DNA from: Phoronis australis
Lineage: Eukaryota > Animalia > Phoronida
Length of the DNA: 64,000 nucleotides
Assembly: GCA_002633005.1 (NCBI GenBank)
Contig: NMRA01000480.1
Span: 192,172 to 256,171 of the forward strand
Direction: 5' to 3'
Translations under genes and position numbers: made by a program
In this document: positions 51,880 through 63,215 of the stretch, piece by piece
Layout: every line of letters starts with the position of its first letter
Position numbering within the stretch: position 1 is the stretch's first letter
The notes under the pieces: generated by a model
Told to the model about the DNA's origin: nothing
What the model saw: only the letters and a program-made list of their open reading frames with translations
The model's database searches: none

Positions 51880-53555
51880 AGGAGCATGCCACCCAAAAAA
51901 CAACCTAATTTGTATCAATTTAGATCGAGTAGTTCCACTCCATAACGACACGTACGGTTGCGTTACCTGACACCTGACGGCAGACGGAGGTGTTGAAATT
52001 ATCCGATGACGTCATCGGTTTCACACACAGTCTCTTCAGCAGTTCACAACACGGGTTACTGTTGTCAGCTTATCACTTGAAGTCATCGTTTAACACCAAT
52101 AAATCATCAAACTTCGATGTAAAACCCTAAAAAACACGCCGAAATCTTGTGAAAACGTGTTGTTTTATTTTGCTGTTACGGATTTAATGGTATTTGGACA
52201 CACCGTAGCCTACAAAGTTAGGCAGGCCAATAAGGTCCGTAGGAGGAGTTTGGGTCTGTTCGGAGATAATTTCGAAGTATTTTCCGTGAGATACGGACAG
52301 GAGAACCTAGATCTGTGTTGTTTAGACTTCTGATTTTTGGAATTCTAAACACAAAACGCTTGTTATCCTGGCCAGTGGCTCGGAGCCCGATCAGGCCCGT
52401 CGCGGCCGGCTGAATTGACTCCGCGTTATCCCGCCGGCGGCCAGTGGCTCGGAAACTGATCAGACATCACGACCATAAACCAGCCAAAGTTCAGTGGAAA
52501 CTAAACTTCCAGTCAAGAAAATACTATACTAGTTAGCCATGTGCACGTGATAATGTTGGCGAATTAGCCACGAAACTGCAAATCTATTTACTCGTCGGGG
52601 GCCGCGAATTCAGGTTCAACTTTGGCCACAGCACCGTCAGGGCAGAAGTTGTACATTGACAATCATTATTTGAGTTATTCAAACGTAAATAAAGATTCCC
52701 CTAACACCTGGCCGTGGGATTGAAATCGAGTTGTTTCACAACAGTTTCTGCCAGCTAATACTAAATTATGAGCTCACACGGTCTCGGTGTCCCGTCAATT
52801 AGTTTTATTGTACCTAAAGCCGGTAACGCAGTGATTTATTCATTGCTGGCTTCTCAAATAATTTGCACTCACGAACACTCCAAAGGCATTACAAATTGCA
52901 TCTAATGAGACAGACTTTGTTTCAGTTTTATATAAGTATTGGTTAGGGTGAGAATAATTCATTTTTAAACAGAACGCTCAGTAATAAACGCCAACATGGT
53001 ATCTCGCAATCCCCGGGCCGACTTAGGACGAGCTAGAACTCATCAATCCCGACTTCGCAGGTGGATCGTTAAGTTTTACAGGCTATCAATTCGAACAGGA
53101 ATACAGCGATGAAGAAATATTAGAGAGGCGTCGTGTACAAGCTCAGACTGCGGAACGTATGGAGTTATTTGGTAAGCCGGCATTCGTCAGGCACGGTCGA
53201 CGTCCGTCTGCAGGCCACAGATACGGAGATGTTTCACGGCCTCATACTTGCTATTCACAGCGTACATTTCATTCTTCACTACCATGAGCCACTTCCTAAG
53301 CATTTCGGAAGTAAAAAAACATTATACCCGCTTTCCTAGCAGCTGCTTAGTTCGGAAAAGGGGGAACGATGCACCGCAACATAGCGGCATTCACTCTGCA
53401 TATGAACCACTGACGTCGCTAGCGTCGTTTCTCACCTTCCTCACAGGTTAACGCGACACCTCTTGGCAAGGTAAGGTCGACCGTATGCGAGGCGATGTGG
53501 ATATAGACCGATTAAGACGGCAAAAAAGACTAATTAAATCGGGTGGCATTCTCCT
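51880..53555. mobile_element. Non-autonomous Kolobok-like DNA transposon, copy 1
   Basis: TTAA TSDs (51876-79, 53556-59); 15-bp TIRs AGGAGCATGCCACCC / GGGTGGCATTCTCCT (14/15); decayed THAP on the minus strand near the right end. Confidence 0.82.
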
Positions 53556-53859
53556 TTAACTGAACTACATGTACTTACTGGAGTTTTCCGCGTGGCCCAG
53601 CAAAAAAATTATCAGTCTAATGCGCATCACAACATGTTGAATTGAGCGCTGTAAATGACTGCTGAAGCTAAAAACCATCAAAACGGGACTCTGATTGGTT
53701 AGATTACAATGGTAACATCTATTTAGCCAATAAACAATTACCTAAGAGCGGGGGTGGACCACAAAACAATGCACCCTGGAAACGCTCTAAGATATACATA
53801 CAACGCCCTTGTGGACATAAAGATCCTAAAGAAAAGACTAATGCTCCTGCATTAACAAT

Positions 53860-53936
53860 TAATAATGATAATACTAATGATGGTAATAACAATAATGATA
53901 ACGATAATGATAATAATAGCAATAATAACAATGATG
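53860..53936. repeat. (AAT/GAT)n microsatellite
   Basis: Directly visible. Confidence 0.85.
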
Positions 53937-54242
53937 AATTTAATTAATAGAGATTAAAATATAAAAGAATTAAAAACATGCTTTAGCCAAAGGCATGGTC
54001 TTCTCACAGCAATGAATTAAATAAATTAAGTTACATTCAATGATGTTAAATTAAATGAAATTGAATGAGTATTATTTCAATGAATATTTACAAGTTACAT
54101 TCATACAAATTGAATTAAAAAATAAATTATAACTTCTATATTACATGTTCAATGAATTTTAGAGAGGACAAATGACTGAAACGAAGGGAGGGACAGCTAT
54201 GATGACAACATCCACAGGTAAGTGATGAGTTTGTACCTGAAG

Positions 54243-54470
54243 TCATCATAACCATCCGCCCCCTTTAGGCCATCATAACCATCCGCCCCTTTTTGACCAT
54301 CATTACCATCCACCCCCTTTAGGCCATCATAACCATCCGCCCCCTTTAGGCCATCATAANCGCCCCCTTTAGACCATCATAACCATCCGCCCCCTTTAGG
54401 CCATCATAACCATCCGCCCCCTTTAGGCCATCATTACCATCCGCCCCTTTAGGCCATCATAACCATCCTC
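54243..54470. repeat. ~27-bp minisatellite x ~8-9 (contains an n; array may be collapsed)
   Basis: ccatcataaccatccgccccctttagg repeated. Confidence 0.92.
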
Positions 54471-54974
54471 CTGTCGAATAGCTTGAATAAAAAGGACTTG
54501 GAGTATAACGAAGTTCTATGTCAGGGGAAAACAAAATTCTTTGAGGAAGAGAATCTGGTCCTGATTTGGTGGTTGTTTCGAACAAGTAATAAGTTACAAG
54601 ATAAATAAACCGTTACACTATTGTGAAAACATTTATGCACCGTACAAAACGGCTATGCAAAATATTTGTCAACAGGCAGCCACCTCAGTGTGTTAACATA
54701 TGGCTTGATGGAGTGTCAAAAGGCACACCGAGTATAAGCCTGGCCGCCTGCTTCCGAGCCTTCAATAGAGAGGAAACCAAATTTGCATTGCATCCTGACA
54801 GCACAGTCCTACATTAAGTGAAGAGAGAAAATATACAGGCGCTAAAATATTTCAGACGCATTTCTGTGGGAAGAAATTGTGATATGCGCCGCTGTCTAAT
54901 TTTGGACACAGTCCCGCTAATATGATTAGACCAGCTAAAGGTCTTGTCAGCAGTGACCCACAGTAACTTTTCAC

Positions 54975-55582
54975 TGTCAACCTGTTTGTGGGCATCTCAT
55001 CTATAGTTAGCCAGTGGGGGTTATTTGTGTGCATTTCATTGACAGTTAACATGTACAGGTTATATGTAAGCATCAAGTCTACAGCTAACCTGTAGAGGTT
55101 ATTTGTAGACCTCTCATCTACAATATTCCTGCATGGGCTATTTGTAGGCATCTCATCTACATATATTTTGTAGCGGTTATTTGTGGGCATCTCATCTACA
55201 GTTAACCCCTGGGGGACATTTGTAGATTTGTAGGTATCTCTTCTGTGGTTAACCTGTAGGGAATATGTGTGGGCATCTCATCTACAGTTAACCTTTAGGG
55301 TTAAATTGTTGGCATCTCATCTAAAGTTATCCTACGGGGCTACTTGTAACATCTCAGCTACAGTTAAACTGTAGGGGCTATTTGTAGGCATCTCATCTAC
55401 AGTTATATTGTAGGGGATGTTTGTGGACATCTCATCTACAGTTAACACGCAGTAGTAACCAGTAGAAATCTCATGTACAGTTAATACGTAGGGGATGTTT
55501 GTAGCATATCATCTACACTTAACCTGTAGGAGTTATTTATAAGCATCTCATCTACAGTTATCCTGTAGGGGTTATATGTAGC
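54975..55582. repeat. ~39-bp minisatellite x ~15
   Basis: ggcatctcatctacagttaacctgtaggggttatttgt repeated. Confidence 0.9.
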
Positions 55583-55837
55583 CTGTAATTTAGACCCCTG
55601 ATTAACAGGGTAAAGACAATGTTCACATCCCGCAATAACAAATGGTTTCATTAAAACCTTTAAGGATATCTCAAAAGTTATTCACAAAAGTTGGCCATTT
55701 TTAGAATATTTTACACTAGTCTAGCAAAATACGTTAACGTCATTCTAGGGGAACTTTAAAGACGAAATATATACAGTGTAGCGAGAATAAAAAAGATTTA
55801 GTAGAACCACCATGGAACAGCACAACCGCGTGGATAA

Positions 55838-57488
55838 AGGAGCATGCCACCCAAAAAACAACCTAATTTGTATCAATTTAAATCGAGTAGCTCTACTCCA
55901 TAACGACACGTACGGTTGCGTTACCTGACACCTGACGACAGACGGAGGTGTTGAAATTATCCAATGACGTCATCGGCATTCACACGCAGTCTGTTTAGCA
56001 GTTCACAACACGGGTTACTGGTGTCAGCTTATTGCTTGAAGTCATCGTTTAACACCAATAAATCATCAAACTTCGATGTAAAACCCTTAAAGATATACCG
56101 AGTTCTTATAAAAACGTGTTGTTTTATTTCGCTCTTACGGATTTATTGGTATTTGGACACACCGTAGCCTACAAAGTTCGACAGGGCAATAAGGTCCGTA
56201 GCAGGAGTTTGGGGTCTGTTCGGTGATAATTTCGAAGTATTTTCCGTGAGATACAGACATGAGAACCTAGATCTGTGTTGTTTAGACTTCTGATTTTTGG
56301 AGTTCTAAACACAAAACGCTTGTTATCCTGCTCAGGGGCTCGGAGCCCGATCAGGCCCGTCGCGGCCGACCGGATTGACTCGTTATCCCGGGCAGGCCAG
56401 TGGCTCGGAAACTGATCAGACATCACGAACATAAACCAGACAAAGTTCAGTGGAAACTAAACTTCCAGTCAAGAAAATACTATACTAGAGAGCCAAAGCA
56501 ATGTGATTATGTTGGTGAAGTACCACGAAACTGCAAATCTACTTACTCGTCAGGTTCCGCTTTGGCCACGGCACCGTCAGGGCAGAAGTTGTACATTGAC
56601 AATCATTATTTGAGTAATTTAAATGTAAATAAAGATTCCCCTAACACCTGGCCGTGGGATGGAAATCGAGTTGTTTCACAACAGTTTCTGCCAGTAAACA
56701 CTAAATTAGCATGAGCTCACACGGCCTCGGTGTCCCGTCAATTTTATTGCACCTAAAGCCGGTAACGCAGTGATTTATTCATTGCTAGCTTCTCAAATCA
56801 TTTGAACTCACGAACTCTCCAAAGGCATTACAAATTGCATCTAATGAGACAGACTTTGTTTCAGTTTTATATAAATATTGGTTAGGGTGAGAATAATTCA
56901 TTTTGAAACAGAACGCTCAGTAATAAACGTCATCATGGCAACTCGCAATCCCAACTTAGGACGAGCTAAAGCTCAAAGGTCCAGACTTCGCAGGTGGATC
57001 GTTAAGTTTTACAGGCTATCAATTCGAACAGGAATACAATGATGAAGAAATACTAGAGAGGCGCCGTGAACAAGCTCAGACAACGGAACGTATGGATGCC
57101 TTTTGGTTAGCCGGCATTCGTCAGGCACTGTCGACAACTGCAGGCCAGAGACGCGGAGATGTTTCACGGCCTCATACTTGCTATTTACAGCGTATTTTTC
57201 ATTCTTCACTACTGCGAGCCTTTTCTTAAGCATTTCGAACTCTCGAGGAAGTCGAAAAAACGATATACTCACTTTCCTCGCAGCTGCATAGTTGGGACAA
57301 GCGGGAACGATGCACCGCAACATAGCAGCATTCACTCTGCAAATGAACCACTGACGTCGCTGCGTCGATTCTCACCTTCCTCACAGTTTAACGCGACACC
57401 TCTCGGCAAGGTAAGGTCGACCGTATGCGAGGCGATGGCGATATGGACCGATTAAGACGATAAAAAAGACTAAATCGGGTGGTATTCT
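55838..57488. mobile_element. Non-autonomous Kolobok-like DNA transposon, copy 2 (same orientation as copy 1)
   Basis: Colinear with 51880-53555; left flank ATAA, right TIR shortened by 3 nt then TTAA; minus-strand THAP MLRCIVPACPN..SFFRLPRE. Confidence 0.82.
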
Positions 57489-58594
57489 TTAAACGGTTGT
57501 AACTGGCAAGGTGAGTGTCGGTTGACTCCCAGAAATTGCATTTGTACCAGCCGGTCGCTAGCTCTACATGTTTAAGTTTCACGACAATTTGACGAGCAGT
57601 ACTATGATCCGGGCTGTGTGAAATTTTGGGATCTAATGGAGCTCAACACGCAGTTGTACCTAGCTGTATTTTGACTGTAGTGGTCACACACCTAATTAGC
57701 ATGCTACACACAGCTGTACCAAGCTGTATTTGGAGTGTAGTCTTTATACAGCTAGCTGGTTGGTAAGGTTTGCTGATGCCAAGCTACTGAACGGTTATGA
57801 CGAAGTAAAACTAGTTGTTTTGACATGTACGCCACTTTTGGAAGAACTGCTGATTGAAGATTCGGCTTAAAATTACGTGACGCACTATTCCATGGCACTG
57901 AAAGCCGACATGAGATCGATTCAAGACTTAAGCAGCAGAATAGCGGTAGAACGGCAAATTTTAGCATGTGTGAACTGGCTTGCTGGAAAGCTGTATACGC
58001 TTTGCGCCGATGTGGGTAAAAAGCAGGACAAACAAAACCTGACACAAAATTAGCGTTATTAAAATTACACTATTCCTAGAGAAAACTAAATTATTTACCG
58101 GTATTGGAAAATTGACGTTTTACCGTTATTCTGGTGCTAAAGTTGTGGAGCGATCTTTTGCGTCGGCTTTCGACGTCATGAACTATTGCGTCACCTATCG
58201 GACAGTTTCTTTTCACGCCGATTCTTCATTCAACTGGTCCGCTTTCACGAAGTTGCGTAAATGACACAGGGTATTATCGGAACTGGTTTCATTTTGTTAG
58301 AAATTTTCAGTATTTTAATATCAGCAAACCAAATTTCAGACCAAAATTTGTTGCTGCGAAGCTGTCACCATTCTCGAGAGATGTCGCAAAATCTAAGGAA
58401 ATGGCGCGTGCGTACTCAAGGGGGAATCAACAATTGACCTATCGTAATCTACGGCCCCTCCCGAAAAGTCACGTGACACCCCTCAAACAACAATCAAGAT
58501 GTCAGAGGCAAATACACTGTTGGTAAACGTAGTTCCTCGTGGAATCGATGAGTGTTTTTTGCACTTTCTGAAAACACTTCGATGCTTTTCAGCT

Positions 58595-58755
58595 GAGAAT
58601 CGTATGTTTATGATTTGGGAATTTGTGAAGGCGACGATGAAAAAATAATTGTTCGAGGAAAAACATTTCTGTGCAAACGAAAATCCGAAGAACCCATACG
58701 AGGTTCACCTGAAAACTGACAAGGTCACTGGTGCGATATGTCCATGTCAAGATGG
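58595..58755 (+). pseudogene. SWIM-domain-type transposon gene fragment (ISL2EU/PIF-Harbinger-associated type)
   Basis: ESYVYD..IIVRGKTFLCKRKSEEP/YEVHL..VTGAICPCQDG then GT; resembles the VRAxCxxSxRKxxxPYxV..AxCxCxAG lead-in of SWIM proteins; one frameshift. Confidence 0.35.
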
Positions 58756-59803
58756 GTATATACCTTAAAGTCGAATTATCTGTACGATGCCATAGATTTC
58801 AGGATATTTGGAACAAAATCAGTGAAGAAAATTCACCGATATTTTTAGTCTGTCGTCTGCTAAATTCCACCTAATGAAAAGTAGGCCACAAATGATGGAT
58901 TGCCTAAATAAAGTAGGTCGCGTCGATAGCACTGTCTATACTTTTCTAATCTTCGAGCGACATATTTTGATTAAAAATTAGATTCATAACTCAGGCACAT
59001 ACTCATGTTATCCTAGACAAGCAGTTAGCTCCGGTAAGTCTAGGTCTGTGTCCAAGTCAAATTAATGCATGGAATTGGCCGTCATTCATTGCACCGTAAA
59101 GACATTTAAGTTAGGTCAACCTTCTAATGAACTTCACATTTTTGTAGCTTCATTGCACAACGGGAGCTTTCATTTACTTTTAAACGTAGCATGATCACTA
59201 ACCTGTGGTATGGTTACAAAAGATAACAAGTCTGGTGTAGTGGCAAAAGTGGCCATTTACAAAAATAACCAAACTTGTTTTTTAAAACTTCATAAATGCA
59301 AGTATCATGTTTGAACAACTGCAAAATGACTTCTCCCTAACTCCACAGGCGTATTGTATACTAGAGGTTCTCAACAAAAAGTAATTCAACTGTACATTTT
59401 TTCGTGACAACAGCTCGAACAAGGCTTTGAGTTCAGTAATCTAGTGCCCCTCACTGTGCCAATAGCATCTGACAATTTTGGTGAGAAATTCAGTTGATCG
59501 CCAGCCTATGGGTTCATGAATAACAAGAAAAATACCTCTGCTACGAAACAAAGGGATGTCCATTATAGGTCGAAATAAACGAAAAATAAAAAATGTCCTT
59601 AAAAACAACTATTTCTGGGGACTGTCGTTTCACAATTCTTATGGCACAATTTCTTGAGCTATAGACTAAAATAAGCATTACCGACAACATGTTATTTGTC
59701 GGATAAAATGGCGGTTTGGAAACGCAGACGAAAGTGTGTCAAGAATGCTGGGTTCCGATTTGTCAGTGAAGCCGTCCGTCATAATCCTGGCGATAGGTCA
59801 AAT

Positions 59804-60230
59804 GGTTGGATTTCAAAACCACCCACTTGCCAGTACTTCAATACCGTCGGCTGGACTGCAAAACCAAAAATAGCCGGTTATCAAACGTGCTGTCCGGACT
59901 TCAAAACGCGATGGCCTCACCCAAAAACCTAGTTGGCTGGACCCAAAACAGGATGGCCACTGCTATAGCCAGTCGGCCAGTTATCAAATACGACTGCCGG
60001 ACTGCGTTAGTCTCGCTTTGAATGTCGTGAAGGATTCAAGTGACATCAAGTGTTTATTTTTCGTAACGTTTGTTTATTTTGTTTAAAATCGGCGATTTGT
60101 TCGGCCACTGTGTTTGAGCACCGCCCAACCCGTTTTGAGGTCCGACCACGAAGTCAGAACACCGGCCACTGGGTTTTGCACTCCAGCCAGCCGGTGTTGA
60201 AGTCCAGGCAAGTGGTTTTGAAGACCGACC
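59804..60230. repeat. Foldback: imperfect inverted arms (~59804-59975 and ~60090-60230)
   Basis: ttcaaaacc..acttgcc..acttcaa.accg..ggctgga.tgcaaaacc matches the reverse complement of 60160-60230. Confidence 0.7.
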
Positions 60231-60296
60231 AAGTGTTAATTCCCAACTTGGTACTGTTTTCAAAACGACGACAGAATTTTCTTTATTACAAAAGAA

Positions 60297-60796
60297 CGGG
60301 TACCATAGAATCATACTCACGAGCATCGCATCTTACACACGAACCAGCTACGAATGTGCGCGGACCACAAAAATCATACACACGAACACCAAATCATACA
60401 CACGAACACCAAATCATACACACGAACACCAAATCATACACTCGAACACCAAATCATACACACGAACACCAAATCATACACACGAACACCAAATCATACA
60501 CACGAACACCAAATCATACACACGAACGTCAAATCAAACACACGAACACAAAAACATACACACGAACACAAAATCATACAAAAAAGCATCGAATCACATG
60601 CACGAGCACATTTTCGTTTGGTATTTTGTGGGTATGATGCGGATGCTCGTGCGAATGATTTGTGTTGGTATTTGTGATTTTTGTGGTTCGTGCGCATGAT
60701 GTTTGTTTGTATGCGTGACTTTTGGGTTCGTATGCATAATTCATAGGTTCGTGCGTGATTCTTGCGTAAGATGCGTATGATTCTAAGGTAACCCTG
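60297..60796. mobile_element. MITE/foldback element containing a 20-bp minisatellite
   Basis: TIR-like ends gggtaccatagaatcatac / gtatgattctaaggtaaccc; (aaatcatacacacgaacacc)x~10 at 60371-60580 with a degenerate inverted counterpart at 60610-60780. Confidence 0.7.
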
Positions 60797-61104
60797 AAAA
60801 GGCGGAGAATTTTGCAAGAAAACGACGCTTATTAGATTGTTTTTCACTTAAACGGCTGCAGCGGGCAAGGTGAGTGTCAGTTGACTCCCAGATTTTGTAT
60901 GCACCCCGCCAGTCGTTAGCTCTGGATATTGATGTAAGTTTCACGGCGAGGTGACGAGCAGAACAACCCGGACTGTGTGGAATTTCGTCGCCAATGTGAG
61001 TAAATTATGTGTTTGATTTAGATTAATTGATTTTGAATGCTTTATAGAAGAAACCGGACTACCGTATTTAAAATGAATCAACAAGAAAAGCAAGTTTAGT
61101 TTAC

Positions 61105-62083
61105 CTGTCTATCAATGTCAGAAGCTTCCATGTTGTCAGCCATGTACTTTATGTCACCTATCACGCGCTTCATGTCACGGGACAGTTTTGCACGTTTTGC
61201 ACCGATCTGGTTGTATTCGTTTGTCTCTCCAACACGCTGATGTTTCTCGCTGCCAAACATGGGATCTCCTTCCTCTCTTGCAAAACTGCTTCCAGTTAAA
61301 ACGTCTTCTTTGATATTGCACGATCTTACGTACATTTCCCGAGGCTGTATCGGTCTTGGAAACATTAACATTTTTGGAAGAATAACCAAAAAAAGTGTTT
61401 TACATATTGGGCTCATAACATGTGTGTCTGGCCCGCGACAGTGAACGTTCAACACAACTACAGTGATGATAATGGAGCACGTGACCAGAGCCATCGTCAA
61501 TACTAGAAATTTCCCAATAAGGGGCGTTACCAGTGACGTTGGTGGCATGATGTCCGTAAGTAGCAATACGAAGACTGTAAGGGCGACAAAAATTGATATG
61601 CACATGGTAATTTTCTTCTTGGAATCTGATGGTAGATAAAATACACATCCTGTTAAAATCGACAATCCAAAACACGGCGCAATGAGGTTAACTGTATAAA
61701 ACAACGGTTTCCGCCTAAGTGTGATGTGAAATGTGATATCGGGATAAGGTTGCGGACAACAGGGGTAGTATTCTATGTTTCTGCTGCCGGGTACTTCAAG
61801 GACATCCCACTCAGCACTTGCGGTAAATCTTGTCATGTCCACCCCTTCCGGTATTTCGTGTTTACCGCTTGCGTTGGGGTACAACTTGTGAAACAAATCC
61901 ACTTGAGTGCCATCGTAGGACCAAACGCTGAATTTCATTTTACACCGTTGAATATCGAATGGGAAATATTCCACATCGATTTCACAAGAACTCTTGTAAA
62001 TAACCAAAGGATCCCATTCCACCAACCCTGTGCTATGAATTTTCGCTTTGGTGACAACATTCACGACGTAATTGCCGTCAGCG
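61105..62083 (-). CDS. Nicotinic acetylcholine receptor alpha subunit, large internal exon (ECD C-half, M1-M3, cytoplasmic loop)
   Basis: Cys-loop CEIDVEYFPFDIQRC, loop B WSYD, loop C vicinal YYPCCPQPY, RRKPLFYTVNLI, M2-M3 PPTS; acceptor tttttacAG at 62085-62084, donor CAG|GTAAAC at 61104; open frame throughout. Confidence 0.96.
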
Positions 62084-63104
62084 CTGTAAAAAATGATCGT
62101 AACAATTACTAAAATACGCATTTCGTCATGTTTAGCTTGCCTTTTAAACCCATAAAATCGGTATGTTAATATTATTTGCGTTATAGAAATCTATTTCTGT
62201 TACCAACAAGAACGCCGAAACAGTCAGCAAACGTTTCAGAGCTCATTGCTTAGCCAGTCCTAAAATTAGCAAATTCGACAATAACACATGCATACATTGT
62301 TTGTGATTTGAGTTGATACCGGAAATGGAATCCTATCACACAATGGAATATTTAGACTAGACTACTCCTATCTATTCAATATATAGCGAGAATCTGGCTT
62401 ATGACTGGCAGTAAAGATGAGGTAGCGTAACTTAGCAGCACAGGGTGGTCCCTCAACACCGGCCTTAGCCTCGTTCCAGCATCCAGCGCGCAGTCGACTT
62501 CGTGAAATCCATAGCACATGGACCGTCAACTCCGAAATCTTTGATCTTATCCATAAGCCGTGACGTAACTGTTCACTAGCGACACGTTTTCCTTCCAGCA
62601 AGTACGTCGTCTGCAAATCATGGTCGGCTACTGTGTGGTCGGGTGCCAAAAGTACCCACGGCAACAGAAGTTCTACTATTGGAAGACTTTGAACAGCGTT
62701 TCATTTTGTTGTACTGGACAGCAAAATAGATGCAAGAATTTCCGGTCACGACACACTAACCGGAAGCAGAGTTTGCCTTGTTTAGAGGGTGGCGCCTCAT
62801 CTATAGGATATTGGGCAAGAAAATGTCGGAGTTGCGAATCTGTTGTCTATAATCTAAGGTGAAATCAGAAAAAAATAGTCAAGTTCCTGACTGCATTTTT
62901 GGAAAATACGAGTTGACTACTAGGTGTCATTTCATTATTACGCATTTACTACGAACTAACACCACCGCTGTACATGTATATGCGAAAAGTGCGATTTCAA
63001 ATGTTGTGCAGTTGTCCAGATGCCACCAACATGGATTTTAAAAAGACTAGAGAGAAGTATTGTGTTGAGGTAGCTGTTGACATGTCTTCGTATTATACAG
63101 CATA

Positions 63105-63215
63105 TATGGTAATTAGCATAACTGTAATTCGCATAATAGTAATTATCATAATGACAATTAGCATAGCGATAATTAGCATAATGATAATTAGCATAATGAT
63201 AATAAGCATAATGCA
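63105..63215. repeat. 15-bp tandem repeat (aattagcataatgat)
   Basis: Directly visible, ~7 copies. Confidence 0.85.

Noticed and set aside
60050-60847. His/Thr-rich repetitive ORFs
   Set aside because: Translation of a 20-bp minisatellite cycling through frames.
61259-62112. Plus-strand ORFs over the nAChR exon
   Set aside because: Antisense shadows of the real coding frame.
62620-62680. THAP-like start MVGYCVVGC
   Set aside because: Too short, and lacks the downstream F.FP/W/CxxH motifs.
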